DNA of 64,000 bases, taken from Podarcis bocagei (Eukaryota). The translations under genes and the position numbers were made by a program. The notes below the pieces were generated by a model. It worked only from the letters and a program-made list of their open reading frames with translations. It searched no databases and was not told where the DNA came from. The stretch lies in the NCBI GenBank assembly GCA_964188305.1, contig OZ076887.1; one strand, given 5' to 3'. This document shows, in pieces, positions 52,546 through 62,379 of this stretch (its first letter is position 1; every line of letters starts with the position of its first letter).

Positions 52546-53299
52546 TGTCAGAGCTGCTTCAAAATCCTAGCTCACAGAGGATCACGCTAGCCAGCGGTCA
52601 TTAAGTAAAAGTCTTTATTGAATTACAGTTTCCATTCTCACGCTGCTGTCTGCAACTCTACGTCTACTAGCTAGATCGGCGAGGCTCCGTCTGAGTCTCC
52701 GCCCCGTGCGCACCAACTTAATATCCTAGCCTTGCTCCACCTTTTCCTCCTGACTGTCCTCCTCTGGGTCCCTCTACCCCCCGGGGCTTCTTCCTTCCGG
52801 GATTCTTCTGACGCTGACCCGGACCCTTCTGCCTCCTTGCGCCGGGCTTTAGGACCCGGTTCCCTTTCGGGGCTGCTCACTGCGCCGCCCTCCTCTGCAT
52901 TTGAACTTGGCGCGCGCGCCCAACCTTCCACTTTCCTCTTAACCGTTTCTTCGCTCCCCGATGGAGGTGTGGCCACTCCTGACTCCTGCCCTCCCTCCTG
53001 TGGTGAGCTGCCAGCGCTTCCCCCCTGGCTCCTTTCCTCTTCCCTGCTTCCTGGCGGTGACGCTGGTCCCGATTTCCAGCTGCTCCCCCCTGAGTCTCCT
53101 CTGGCTCTATCTTCCTGGGGTGCCTCCCTAGACCCCCCCCCCTGCCCTGGCCACTGGCGCTCCTTTCTGTGAATCCTCTGATTCACTGGAAAGACTGGGA
53201 GATCTCGGGTCGTCGTCATCACTCATCCTTTCCTCTGTCTCCTCCCCTTCGCTCTCTGCTTCCTCCCTTGCCCGTGCCTCTGCACCTAAACCCCTGACA
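52546..53299 (-). repeat. 3' LTR (754 bp)
   Basis: Direct repeat of 58339-59091; AATAAA at 52614-52619 (-); PPT at 53300-53340. Confidence 0.95.
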
Positions 53300-56200
53300 T
53301 CCATCCCCCCCTCGAAGCCCCCCAGTCCCCCCTCCCCTCCTTCCGGTGCTGGAACTGGGGGCTGCTGTTGCAAAGGGACGAACGTCGGATATCGGTCGCT
53401 TCCCGTGGCAGGCCTCCAGCGGAACTCTTCCAGGTCTTCCTCTCTGCTCTCGTTGACGACAGTCACCTCCTCTTCCATCTCTGTGCCGCCGTGCTCGAAA
53501 CCAGGGTCGTCCCCGAAAATGTCCATGTCCGTCTCTCCCGCACTTCCTCCAGGCGGCGTTGCTCGGCCGGAACAGTCCAGCCACTTCCTGCGGAACTGCT
53601 CCTCCGGCCTATCGTCCCACCAATACGAGGGTTCTGAGACAGATCCCGAGGGTGACCCCTCCGGGGAACGGACGACTCGTGTTGGTTCCTCGTCCGAGTC
53701 GAACCCCCTGAACGTGCTGTCCGAAAGCGTGGGCGTGAAAAGCCAGTCGTCGAAAAAGTCTGCTGGCATAGGTCTATGTGGGAAGAGGGCATGAAACTCG
53801 TCTTTGAGCAGAGGTTCGTCTAAAGCGTAGTCCGGCACCCAGCTGTTCGCACTGGCCGGGGTGCCCTCCCTGGCGAGAAAGTATTCTACTCCCTCTTCCC
53901 CCCATCTGGAGTCCAAAATCTCCGTGACTTCGTTGATGCGCTCCTCCTGTGCCACTCCCGCGTGCCCCGTTCCTTCTCTGAGCGGACTCGGCGCCGTTCC
54001 GGGTTCCTGGAACCTGTGCGGTGCCTTGTAGGGAGTGAGCACCGATCTGTGGAACACCGGATGCATTCTGGAACCCTCCGGAAGCGCCAGCCTGAAAGCC
54101 ACCGGGTTGACCTGCTCTTCGACTTGGTAGGGCCCCAGTTGTTTATGCCCTAGTTTCTTCTTGGCCAACGACCTGGCCGGCACTGCGTGGGCTGCTAACC
54201 AGACCCAGTCTCCCACGTGGAGCTCTTCGCCAACCCTTCTGTGTTTGTCCGCTTGTACCTTGTATGCGTGTTTAGCCAGCTCCAGGTGGCGCCGCAGCTG
54301 ATCGTGGACTTCCTGCAGCTCCGACGCGAACGCATCTGCTGACTGCGGCTCCCCGTCTCCCCTGCATTCCAGTCCCGGAAAGGTTCTAGGGTGCCGCCCG
54401 TTGTTGGCGAAGAACGGCGTGACGCCCGTGGATACGTGCTTCGTGTTGTTGTAGGCAAACTCTGCAAGCGGCAGGTAATCCACCCACGTCGCAGGCTGTT
54501 GGTTTGCATAACATCTCAGGTACTGCTGCATGATGGCATTGGCTCGCTCCGCTTGCCCGTTGGTCTGCGGGTGTCTCGCCGACGCCAGATTGATCTTGAC
54601 GTTTAGGAAGCCCATCAGTTTCTGCCAGAAGTTCGAGATGAACTGCCGCCCGCGGTCGGACAGAATAGACCGTGGCAGACCGTGAACCTTGAACACGTGG
54701 TCTATGAACAGTTTGGCGGTTTGTTCCGCCGTGGCCACCTTAGCACACGGAATGAAATGCGCCATCTTGGAGAACAGGTCCACCACCACCAACACTGCCG
54801 TCTTGCCCCTTGAGCTGGGCAGATCCGTGACAAAGTCCAGAGCCACCCTTTCCCAAGGTTCGACCGGAGTTTGCAGCGGCTCCAACAGTCCAGCCGGCGG
54901 TTTGTGCACCGGCTTTGCCCTCTGGCAGGTGTCACACCTCGCTACGTAGTCTGCGACCTCCCCTCTCAATCCAGGCCACCAGAAATCCCTGGCTACTAAC
55001 TCCACCGTCTTCTCCTTGCCAAAGTGCCCGGCCGTGGGTGCGTCGTGCAGCTGCTGTAGCACCTTGGCTCGAAGTTCGTCACCCGGCACGTAGATGGCCC
55101 CTTTACGGATGAGCAAGCCATCTCGTAGCTGGAAACCGTCGGCCGCTGCCTTGCCCCCTCGCACCTCTGCCATCTTCGTTTGTGCGAAGGAGTCCCCCTG
55201 CAACGCTCGCCGCACCGCCTCTAGGTCCACGGTCGCCGCTGCGCACGCCCACACTGTCGGTGCAAAGATGTGCATGGCGGCCGCTGGTGTTGCGTCCTCC
55301 AGATACTGTGGCTTGCGGGAGAGAGCGTCTGCCATGATGTTGGTGTCCCCCGGGACATACTCTATTCGGAAGTCGAAGTCCGCAAAGAACTCAGCCCAAC
55401 GTATCTGCCTCTGGTTCAGGAACTGTGCCGTGCGCCAGTGTTCCAGATTCTTGTGGTCCGTGCAAACCTGCACCGTGTGCTTGGCGCCGATCAGAAAGTG
55501 CCTCCACGCCTTGAACGCTGCATGAATGGCCAGCAACTCCCTGTCCCATATGGTGTAGTTCTGCTCGGACTTGCTGAGCTTCCTGGAGTAAAACGCTCCC
55601 GGCCGCCACACGCCCTGCGGGTCCTTCTGCAGCAGGACCGCCCCCACTGCTCTGTCCGAAGCGTCTGTCTCCACCCTCATCGGCATGCTGGGGTTGACAT
55701 GAAGCAGCTGCTCTTCCGACGCGAAGAGACGCTTGAGGGCCTGAAAGGACTGCTCCGCCTGCTCTGTCCAGATGAACTTCTTCTTCTTGGAGCTAAGGGT
55801 GTCAGTGATGGCCGCCGTCTGCATCGCGAAGCCCTTGATAAACTTGCGATAGAAGTTCGCAAAGCCGACAAACCGTTGGACCTCCTTCCGGTTGCGTGGG
55901 CTCTTCCAATCCAACACCGCTCGAACCTTGGCGCTGTCCATGGCGAGCCCCTTGGCAGACAGCTTGTAGCCCAGAAAATCCACCTCCGGCACGTCAAATT
56001 GGCACTTCTCCAGCTTGGCGTAGAGCCTGTGTTGCTTTAGCCTGCCCAGCACTTCCTTGACGTGCTTGTCATGTTCTTGCTGCGACTCCGAAAAGATCAG
56101 GATGTCATCCAAGAAACAGACGCACGTCTTGTAGAGAAGTCCCGCCAACACGTGATGCATAAATGCTTGAAAAACGTGAGCGCCATTTTGCAGTCCAAAA

Positions 56201-57318
56201 GGCATAACTCTGTATTCGTAGGTACCCAGTGGCGTGAACATGGCTGTCTTCCACTCATCACCTTCCCGCATGCGAATGAGGTTGTACGCCCCCCGCAGGT
56301 CCAACTTGGTGAACACCTTTCCCTTCCGTACCTTCGCCAGGAGGTCGTCGATGCGGGGCATGGGGAAGTCCGACGGCTTGGTCACACTGTTCAAAATCCT
56401 GTAATCCACTACGAGTCTTTTTTGGGGCGTGTCTCGCTTCTTAACAAAGAATACAGGACTGCCCCCCACTGCCTTAGACTCCCGGATGAAACCGCGCTCC
56501 AAATTATGATCGATGAAGTCTTTGAGTTCCTGCAGTTCGTCCTCAGACATGGAATACAGCTTCCCTTTAGGCAGCGCCGCCCCCGGCAGCAGGTCAATTT
56601 TGCAGTCATATGGTCTGTGAGGGGGTAGCCTGTCCGCCTCCTTCTCGCAGAAAACTTCCAGAAATTCTGCGTACTTGTGGGGAATCGCTTGCAGCGTGCC
56701 TAGCAGCAGCTGTGACTCCTCTTCCTCCCCTTCCTGCCTGGGTACGATGCAGTGTTCAGCACAAAAGGAAGAGCCGAAGACCAGCTGCCTCTGGAACCAA
56801 GCCATCGTTGGGCTGTGCTTGTCCAGCCAACTCATACCCAATACAATGGGCGTGTCAGACAGTTGAGTGACGTTGAAGCTGATGACTTCCCTGTGATTCC
56901 CAAGTCGCATCACCATTGGTGGCGTCTGCTTCACCACTTGCCCCCCTAGCAGCTCCCTGCCATCCACCGTGACAACCTGCAGGGGCAGTGTGGCCGGCAG
57001 CAACTGCACAGCGTGCCTGTCGACAAATTCCTGCCCTATAAAGTCCGCGTTGCTGCCGGAGTCGATGGTGATTGGCACGTCCATGGTGATTCCATTGGGC
57101 AGCTGGAGAGATGCTGTGAGCCTCACTACTGGTTTGGGCGGGAGGGGGTTCACTGGCTGTAAAATTTCTGGGGACTGCGTCACTAACACGTCTGGCTGGG
57201 CCCCAGTGCCTCTTCCTCCAGCCAGACCTCGTCGTTTCCCTGCTGTGGTCCTCCCTGCTGCGTTGCTGCAGTCACCATTGCTGAGGCTGCAGTAAGCTTG
57301 TGGGGCCTCTGGGGACAC
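53128..57318 (-). CDS. pol: Gypsy Pol (protease, RT, RNase H, integrase, GPY/F, chromodomain-like, acidic tail), entered by -1 frameshift near 57234
   Basis: IDSGS; MPFGL and FLDD; ETDASD/RELLAI/DHKNL; H-H-C-C and D-D-E; GPYQV; uninterrupted 1396 codons. Confidence 0.95.
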   Translation of the reverse strand: MSPEAPQAYCSLSNGDCSNAAGRTTAGKRRGLAGGRGTGAQPDVLVTQSPEILQPVNPLPPKPVVRLTASLQLPNGITMDVPITIDSGSNADFIGQEFVDRHAVQLLPATLPLQVVTVDGRELLGGQVVKQTPPMVMRLGNHREVISFNVTQLSDTPIVLGMSWLDKHSPTMAWFQRQLVFGSSFCAEHCIVPRQEGEEEESQLLLGTLQAIPHKYAEFLEVFCEKEADRLPPHRPYDCKIDLLPGAALPKGKLYSMSEDELQELKDFIDHNLERGFIRESKAVGGSPVFFVKKRDTPQKRLVVDYRILNSVTKPSDFPMPRIDDLLAKVRKGKVFTKLDLRGAYNLIRMREGDEWKTAMFTPLGTYEYRVMPFGLQNGAHVFQAFMHHVLAGLLYKTCVCFLDDILIFSESQQEHDKHVKEVLGRLKQHRLYAKLEKCQFDVPEVDFLGYKLSAKGLAMDSAKVRAVLDWKSPRNRKEVQRFVGFANFYRKFIKGFAMQTAAITDTLSSKKKKFIWTEQAEQSFQALKRLFASEEQLLHVNPSMPMRVETDASDRAVGAVLLQKDPQGVWRPGAFYSRKLSKSEQNYTIWDRELLAIHAAFKAWRHFLIGAKHTVQVCTDHKNLEHWRTAQFLNQRQIRWAEFFADFDFRIEYVPGDTNIMADALSRKPQYLEDATPAAAMHIFAPTVWACAAATVDLEAVRRALQGDSFAQTKMAEVRGGKAAADGFQLRDGLLIRKGAIYVPGDELRAKVLQQLHDAPTAGHFGKEKTVELVARDFWWPGLRGEVADYVARCDTCQRAKPVHKPPAGLLEPLQTPVEPWERVALDFVTDLPSSRGKTAVLVVVDLFSKMAHFIPCAKVATAEQTAKLFIDHVFKVHGLPRSILSDRGRQFISNFWQKLMGFLNVKINLASARHPQTNGQAERANAIMQQYLRCYANQQPATWVDYLPLAEFAYNNTKHVSTGVTPFFANNGRHPRTFPGLECRGDGEPQSADAFASELQEVHDQLRRHLELAKHAYKVQADKHRRVGEELHVGDWVWLAAHAVPARSLAKKKLGHKQLGPYQVEEQVNPVAFRLALPEGSRMHPVFHRSVLTPYKAPHRFQEPGTAPSPLREGTGHAGVAQEERINEVTEILDSRWGEEGVEYFLAREGTPASANSWVPDYALDEPLLKDEFHALFPHRPMPADFFDDWLFTPTLSDSTFRGFDSDEEPTRVVRSPEGSPSGSVSEPSYWWDDRPEEQFRRKWLDCSGRATPPGGSAGETDMDIFGDDPGFEHGGTEMEEEVTVVNESREEDLEEFRWRPATGSDRYPTFVPLQQQPPVPAPEGGEGGLGGFEGGMDVRGLGAEARAREEAESEGEETEERMSDDDDPRSPSLSSESEDSQKGAPVARAGGGV
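57176..57240 (-). promoter_or_regulatory. -1 programmed ribosomal frameshift signal
   Basis: G GGA AAC (57240-57234), 6-nt spacer, 10-bp stem GTCTGGCTGG/CCAGCCAGAC. Confidence 0.85.
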
Positions 57319-58247
57319 TCTTTCGCCATATGCCCTGGCTGCTCACAGACGTAACACTTCCTGGTCCCTCTAGGAGGCTTCGCCTTCACTGCTGCCGGTG
57401 CTAGGGCTCTGGTTGCTGACTGAGCCCTTGCACCTCCAACCTCCATAGGTTCGGCTCCTCCTCCTGGCGGAGGCGTGGATTGCGCTCGCGCTGCTTCTCT
57501 GGGAAAGAAGGGGGGGCCCCCGGCTGGTTCGCGTCCTCCACGTCCTTCGTCCTTGCTCCACAGACGTCCTTCCAGCCTCACCCCCACAGCCAGTGCCCTC
57601 TGAACGACCTCCTGGGTGGTTCGGGGTCTCTCCCCCCTCGCTATCTCATCTTTAATCGAGTTGTGCAGTCCCTCCCAAAAGAGGTCTCTTACAGGAGCCG
57701 AATCCCTGTCCCATTCCAGGGCGCTGACCAAGGCGAAAAAGCGGGCATGATACTGTCTGACGCTGGCCCTCCCTTGTCTCAGCCCATGCACCTCCTTCCG
57801 TGCAAGATCAATGTCAATACTTGATAAGAAACACCCATCCATCGCTTTAATAAAGGCATCCGCATTCTGGAGCGCCGGATCGTTATCTCTCCATAAATTG
57901 CGCAACCATGCTTTCGCCTCCCCATGCAGATGGGACATGATGAACCCCACTCTCTCCTGTTCATCTCTAAAGTCTTTATGCAACAGTTGCAGTGCGCACA
58001 GTACGTCGGCTCTAAAGTTGGGATACTGTTGCAGGTTCCCATCGAAGTGAGAGAGCAGCCCGCCTGTCCGTCTCGCCAACCCAATTCCCTCCTGCCGGGG
58101 TGGTTGCTTTGCCAGTACGTCTAACCTGACCTGGAGATCCCTGCAGGCGGCAGCTGCCTCGTCCTCTCTCTTCCTGGATGCGAGAACCTCGGCGTTCAGT
58201 TGTGCCACTGCTTTTCTGAGGTCCTCTATCTGCTGCTCAGCCGTCAT
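57183..58247 (-). CDS. gag: Gypsy Gag (PEG10/RTL-like capsid plus CCHC knuckle)
   Basis: N-terminal coiled coil, LRQG motif, EPMEV, CYVCEQPGHMAKEC. Confidence 0.93.
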   Translation of the reverse strand: MTAEQQIEDLRKAVAQLNAEVLASRKREDEAAAACRDLQVRLDVLAKQPPRQEGIGLARRTGGLLSHFDGNLQQYPNFRADVLCALQLLHKDFRDEQERVGFIMSHLHGEAKAWLRNLWRDNDPALQNADAFIKAMDGCFLSSIDIDLARKEVHGLRQGRASVRQYHARFFALVSALEWDRDSAPVRDLFWEGLHNSIKDEIARGERPRTTQEVVQRALAVGVRLEGRLWSKDEGRGGREPAGGPPFFPREAARAQSTPPPGGGAEPMEVGGARAQSATRALAPAAVKAKPPRGTRKCYVCEQPGHMAKECPQRPHKLTAASAMVTAATQQGGPQQGNDEVWLEEEALGPSQTC

Positions 58248-58326
58248 GTCTCCTGCCGTTCGTGAGCTCGCTAGTGGGCGCCTGTTTCTCTCCCCTCCTC
58301 GAGGCTGCAGATGCCCACAATGTATG

Positions 58327-58336
58327 GACGGAGCCT
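58327..58336 (-). promoter_or_regulatory. Self-priming PBS
   Basis: AGGCTCCGTC, 2 nt after the 5' LTR, is complementary to GACGGAGCCT at LTR 58484-58475; no TGG tRNA-type PBS. Confidence 0.75.
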
Positions 58337-58338
58337 AC

Positions 58339-59091
58339 TGTCAGAGCTGCTTCAAAATCCTAGCTCACAGAGGATCACGCTAGCCAGCGGTCATTAAGTA
58401 AAAGTCTTTATTGAATTACAGTTTCCATTCTCACGCTGCTGTCTGCAACTCTACGTCTACTAGCTAGATCGGCGAGGCTCCGTCTGAGTCTCCGCCCCGT
58501 GCGCACCAACTTAATATCCTAGCCTTGCTCCACCTTTTCCTCCTGACTGTCCTCCTCTGGGTCCCTCTACCCCCCGGGGCTTCTTCCTTCCGGGATTCTT
58601 CTGACGCTGACCCGGACCCTTCTGCCTCCTTGCGCCGGGCTTTAGGACCCGGTTCCCTTTCGGGGCTGCTCACTGCGCCGCCCTCCTCTGCATTTGAACT
58701 TGGCGCGCGCGCCCAACCTTCCACTTTCCTCTTAACCGTTTCTTCGCTCCCCGATGGAGGTGTGGCCACTCCTGACTCCTGCCCTCCCTCCTGTGGTGAG
58801 CTGCCAGCGCTTCCCCCCTGGCTCCTTTCCTCTTCCCTGCTTCCTGGCGGTGACGCTGGTCCCGATTTCCAGCTGCTCCCCCCTGAGTCTCCTCTGGCTC
58901 TATCTTCCTGGGGTGCCTCCCTAGACCCCCCCCCTGCCCTGGCCACTGGCGCTCCTTTCTGTGAATCCTCTGATTCACTGGAAAGACTGGGAGATCTCGG
59001 GTCGTCGTCATCACTCATCCTTTCCTCTGTCTCCTCCCCTTCGCTCTCTGCTTCCTCCCTTGCCCGTGCCTCTGCACCTAAACCCCTGACA
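58339..59091 (-). repeat. 5' LTR (753 bp)
   Basis: TATTAA at 58516-58511, Inr-like TCAG with A at 58485, AATAAA at 58412-58407. Confidence 0.95.
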
Positions 59092-60165
59092 GGTGGTTTT
59101 AGCCGATGAACAGGATATGGAGGGGGACAACCGTGATTTGTAGCTGGATCCTAAGCACAGGGCTAGGAAGACTATTATAAAGGAGAACATGAAACGTTAA
59201 GTACAATTCAAGAAAGTACCAGCTTGAGTACTCCTGAAGTGAAGCACTTGGCAATTAAATAGATTCATTTTATGCCTAAAGTGTATAGCACAATACTAAC
59301 CATGTCTACGCAGAAGTGTCTCTTACTGAATTCAGTGGGGCTTACTCCCAGATAAGTGGGATTGCAATTGTAGCTGCAGACCATGACCACATAGAGTCCC
59401 ATCCCCTCCCTTCCTCCCCAACTCCATGGATTCCTATGTGCTGTTTCTGCAGACAGGCTGTGTAGTTCCACTAGTCTTCCTTAACCTAGTGCCCTCCCTG
59501 TTTCCAGCATCTGCCAGTTTGGTCAATGGTCAAGGATGATGAAAGTTCAAATAAGCACCAGGTTGGGGAAGGTAAGGGCTACACAAGCAGGCAGCTCCTC
59601 TGTTGTAATTATTGGGCTCCAAGTGCAGTATCCGAACACCCATTAGGATGTACTGCCTCTTCGTTTGAAGTCTGCACACAACAAAGTTTCCTTTTCCAAA
59701 ATACACAGTTAAAAAGGAGACCTGCTAATGTGAAGCTGGATTAAACTCTGTGCTTAGGCATCCACAGTTATCTTGCTCTAGTCTTTTCCTTTTCCTTTTG
59801 CTCTAGTATTTTCCTTTAACTCCTGGGAACAACGGTAGCTCTCTGCTTGATAGGCACATGAGATGTGCTTTGCAAAATCTTCGGGTTTCCATTTAAGGTT
59901 TTACCCTATAATTACACAAAAGAACCCAAATGGGATACCAGACTTTGGTTTTTGTTCAAACAGGAGATTACCACCCCTTCATAAGCCAATTTGTAGGGTT
60001 AATTTCAGAAAATCATCAGAGGCTGGATTGCATTTCAGTTTAGTGCTGCCAGTGCATTTGTGCCAAGGACTAGATTTCATAGTGTAGGAAAGTGTTTTCA
60101 TCCCTAACTAAGTTCTATTCTAATATCAGTACTGGGACAAAAGTATATGCTTCTATGTGTGCATT

Positions 60166-60304
60166 TTAGCTCAGCTGGTAGAGCATGAGACTCTTAATCT
60201 CAGGGTTGTGGATTCGAGACTCACAATGGGCAAAAGATTCCTGCACTGAGGGGGGTTGGACTAGATGATTCTCATGGTCCCTTCCAACCCTATGATTCTA
60301 TGAT
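60166..60304 (+). mobile_element. tRNA(Lys)-derived SINE with CR1-type tail
   Basis: TAGCTCAGCTGGTAGAGCATGAGACTCTTAATCTCAGGG head; GTTGGACTAGATG...ATGATTCTATGA tail. Confidence 0.75.
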
Positions 60305-60449
60305 GCTCTTAAATACCAGTACTGAAATTCTGTGACCTTCAATTTTTTGAGGGCCTGAATGTCATGGTTTCCCATGGTCAGCCTCCCCCTTCCAGCTACG
60401 CCCCCCCCATCTTCCTCCTCCTCCCTAGTGGAGGCCCCAGCAGACTTAC

Positions 60450-60633
60450 TGCTCTGGCAGATCCAGTTGTTCTTCTCTCTTGCCATGACTTCACGAGTCT
60501 CCGTCTCGTCGTCTTCCTCACCCTCAGAAAGAAGGTCAGAGATCTGCTGCTGAAGTTCAGGGCTGATGTTGTTCTCTGCCAGGATCAGCGTCCGCAAAGC
60601 TGTCGGGTAGTTTTCCACCATATCCAGCAGGAT
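60450..60633 (-). CDS. LRRC73: LRRC73 penultimate coding exon (ILLDMVENYPTALRTLILAENNISPELQQQISDLLSEGEED...)
   Basis: TTCAG acceptor, A|GTAAGT donor, 184 nt. Confidence 0.9.
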
Positions 60634-60847
60634 CTGAACAGAACAAGAGTCGAGAGGCTGGTTGGTAAGCAACTCGGCTTAGAGGCAAGAGAACCAAGGA
60701 AGGAGAATGCAAAGGGGCTCCAGTCTTCCTGGCAAAATGCCCCTGAGACAGTGCATTTGGGGTAGATAAAAGCAGACGACGCTAGTCTGCCCACTTCCAT
60801 GGCTTAGAAGGCGAATGGAAGACGGCAAAGGACCATGTTCTCCTTAC

Positions 60848-60948
60848 CAAGGCTGATTGGTTGGTGAGTCCCGTTCCTTCCAAGTCCAAAACCTCGAGGG
60901 TGCGGCTGGATGCCACAGAAACTGCCAGCATTCCTGCTATTTGGTCAC
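60848..60948 (-). CDS. LRRC73: LRRC73 coding exon (GDQIAGMLAVSVASSRTLEVLDLEGTGLTNQSAL)
   Basis: CTAG acceptor, GTAAGG donor, LRR motif, 101 nt. Confidence 0.9.
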
Positions 60949-62379
60949 CTAGATGGTAGAAAGTCAGGAGATGTTAGAAGACCTCACAGAGGCCATGTTG
61001 CATGCAGCCATTCCAGGAGTGGCAGAATTTGCTGGGCAGTACAACAAGCTCAACTCTACCAGCACTTCCCCCTGCCCCCCCCAAAATGAATAACCACAGA
61101 TGCATTCAACAGGTGCAGTTTTCTAATCTCACTCAAAGGTGCTGCACCTGTTTAATGTCTGCCTGTTAAAGGCACAAGACACTGGGGAAGAGTGATCACT
61201 TTATGCATCTGCTTTGCTGCTGCTGCTGCTTTTCTTCTTAAATTGGCTAAGGGGGAAAAAACGATACCTCTGCACCTGGGTCAGCAGCACATGACCTCTA
61301 GGCGAGCTTAGTCTTAATTAGAAGGTATTGCTTCTGGGTCAGAGAAGAAGCCTTCTGCCAGGCTTTAAGGCCCGAGCACCTCTCATTTTGCAGGGTAAAC
61401 CCTGACAGCGGAAAGGCAGAAAGAAGAAAGGCCTCGCCCAGTTTTGAAAGGGCAGGATTAGGTGGGGTGTGCTGAGGAGCGTCTCACATTTGCTTCCCTG
61501 AGGCAGGAGGGATGGGGAGAGGCGAGAGCTGCCTGGTCTAGTCTCTTCTCTCACCAGCTGCCAATTCTGCTCAGGCAGCGCAGCTGCAGAGAGAGGGAGA
61601 GAGGCGGTTTCCATGGCAACCACTGCTGGGGCTCCTCTCCTCTTTGCTGTATTTGGAAGAAGATGAGGAGGCAAGGGCGGGGGAAGAAGCATGGTCTGAC
61701 TCCCAAGCCCAGTGGCAGCAGCCTACATGGGGCTGCAAAGATAACATTCGGAGGACGGGTACTGCCACACTGTACACAGGAAGAGGAAGTGCACATAACC
61801 TAAGGCCTGTATGGTGGGCTGCTCTTCAGGCCTCCTCAGCTTGGAAGCAAGTCTCATCCCTTGCAGAACATGGTAGGCCACCATCTTATATTCTCCCTGG
61901 CCCAGGCTGGCAATTGTCAGTTTCATTTCGTATTTTGAATAGCCAGGTTCTTTAATAGCCTATTGCCTAGGCCTTTTTTTTAAAAAAGGCGCAAAGGTGG
62001 TAACTACTCCAGACAAAGGGGACACTAGTTTACACACATAGGCAAACTCTATCAGGAAAAGAAAGGGGTTGTAGCTCAAGGACAGATCACACAGGCTGGG
62101 AAACATTCCTGTCTGAAATCCTGGAGAGCTGCTACCTAAGTACAGACCAGGTGGATGGAGCACCTCTCTGACCCTTCAGGTGCCTCTGGACTACAACTCC
62201 CATAATCCCTTACCATCAGCCATGTTGGGTGAGCTGATGGGAGTGGAAGTCCAACTTCTGGAGGGTGGCAGATTTCTCATTCTTGGTGCAGATCGAGATG
62301 GACCGTGGTCTGACTCAGTAAAAAGCAACTTCCTATGTTACCTAACCATGAAGACACAATGGCCCTCTGCCAGTCATTC

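Larger units (their letters stand above)
52546..59091 (-). mobile_element. Full-length Ty3/Gypsy LTR retrotransposon (Tf1/sushi-like chromovirus)
   Basis: TGTCA...TGACA LTRs, 5-bp TSD GGTGG, PPT next to the 3' LTR, gag and PR-RT-RH-IN-chromo order. Confidence 0.97.

Noticed and set aside
55270-56628. Antisense ORFs within the Gypsy pol
   Set aside because: Expected shadows of GC-rich coding sequence; no env-like or other features
60166-60235. tRNA-Lys gene
   Set aside because: Degenerate stems and fused to a CR1-type tail, so a SINE head
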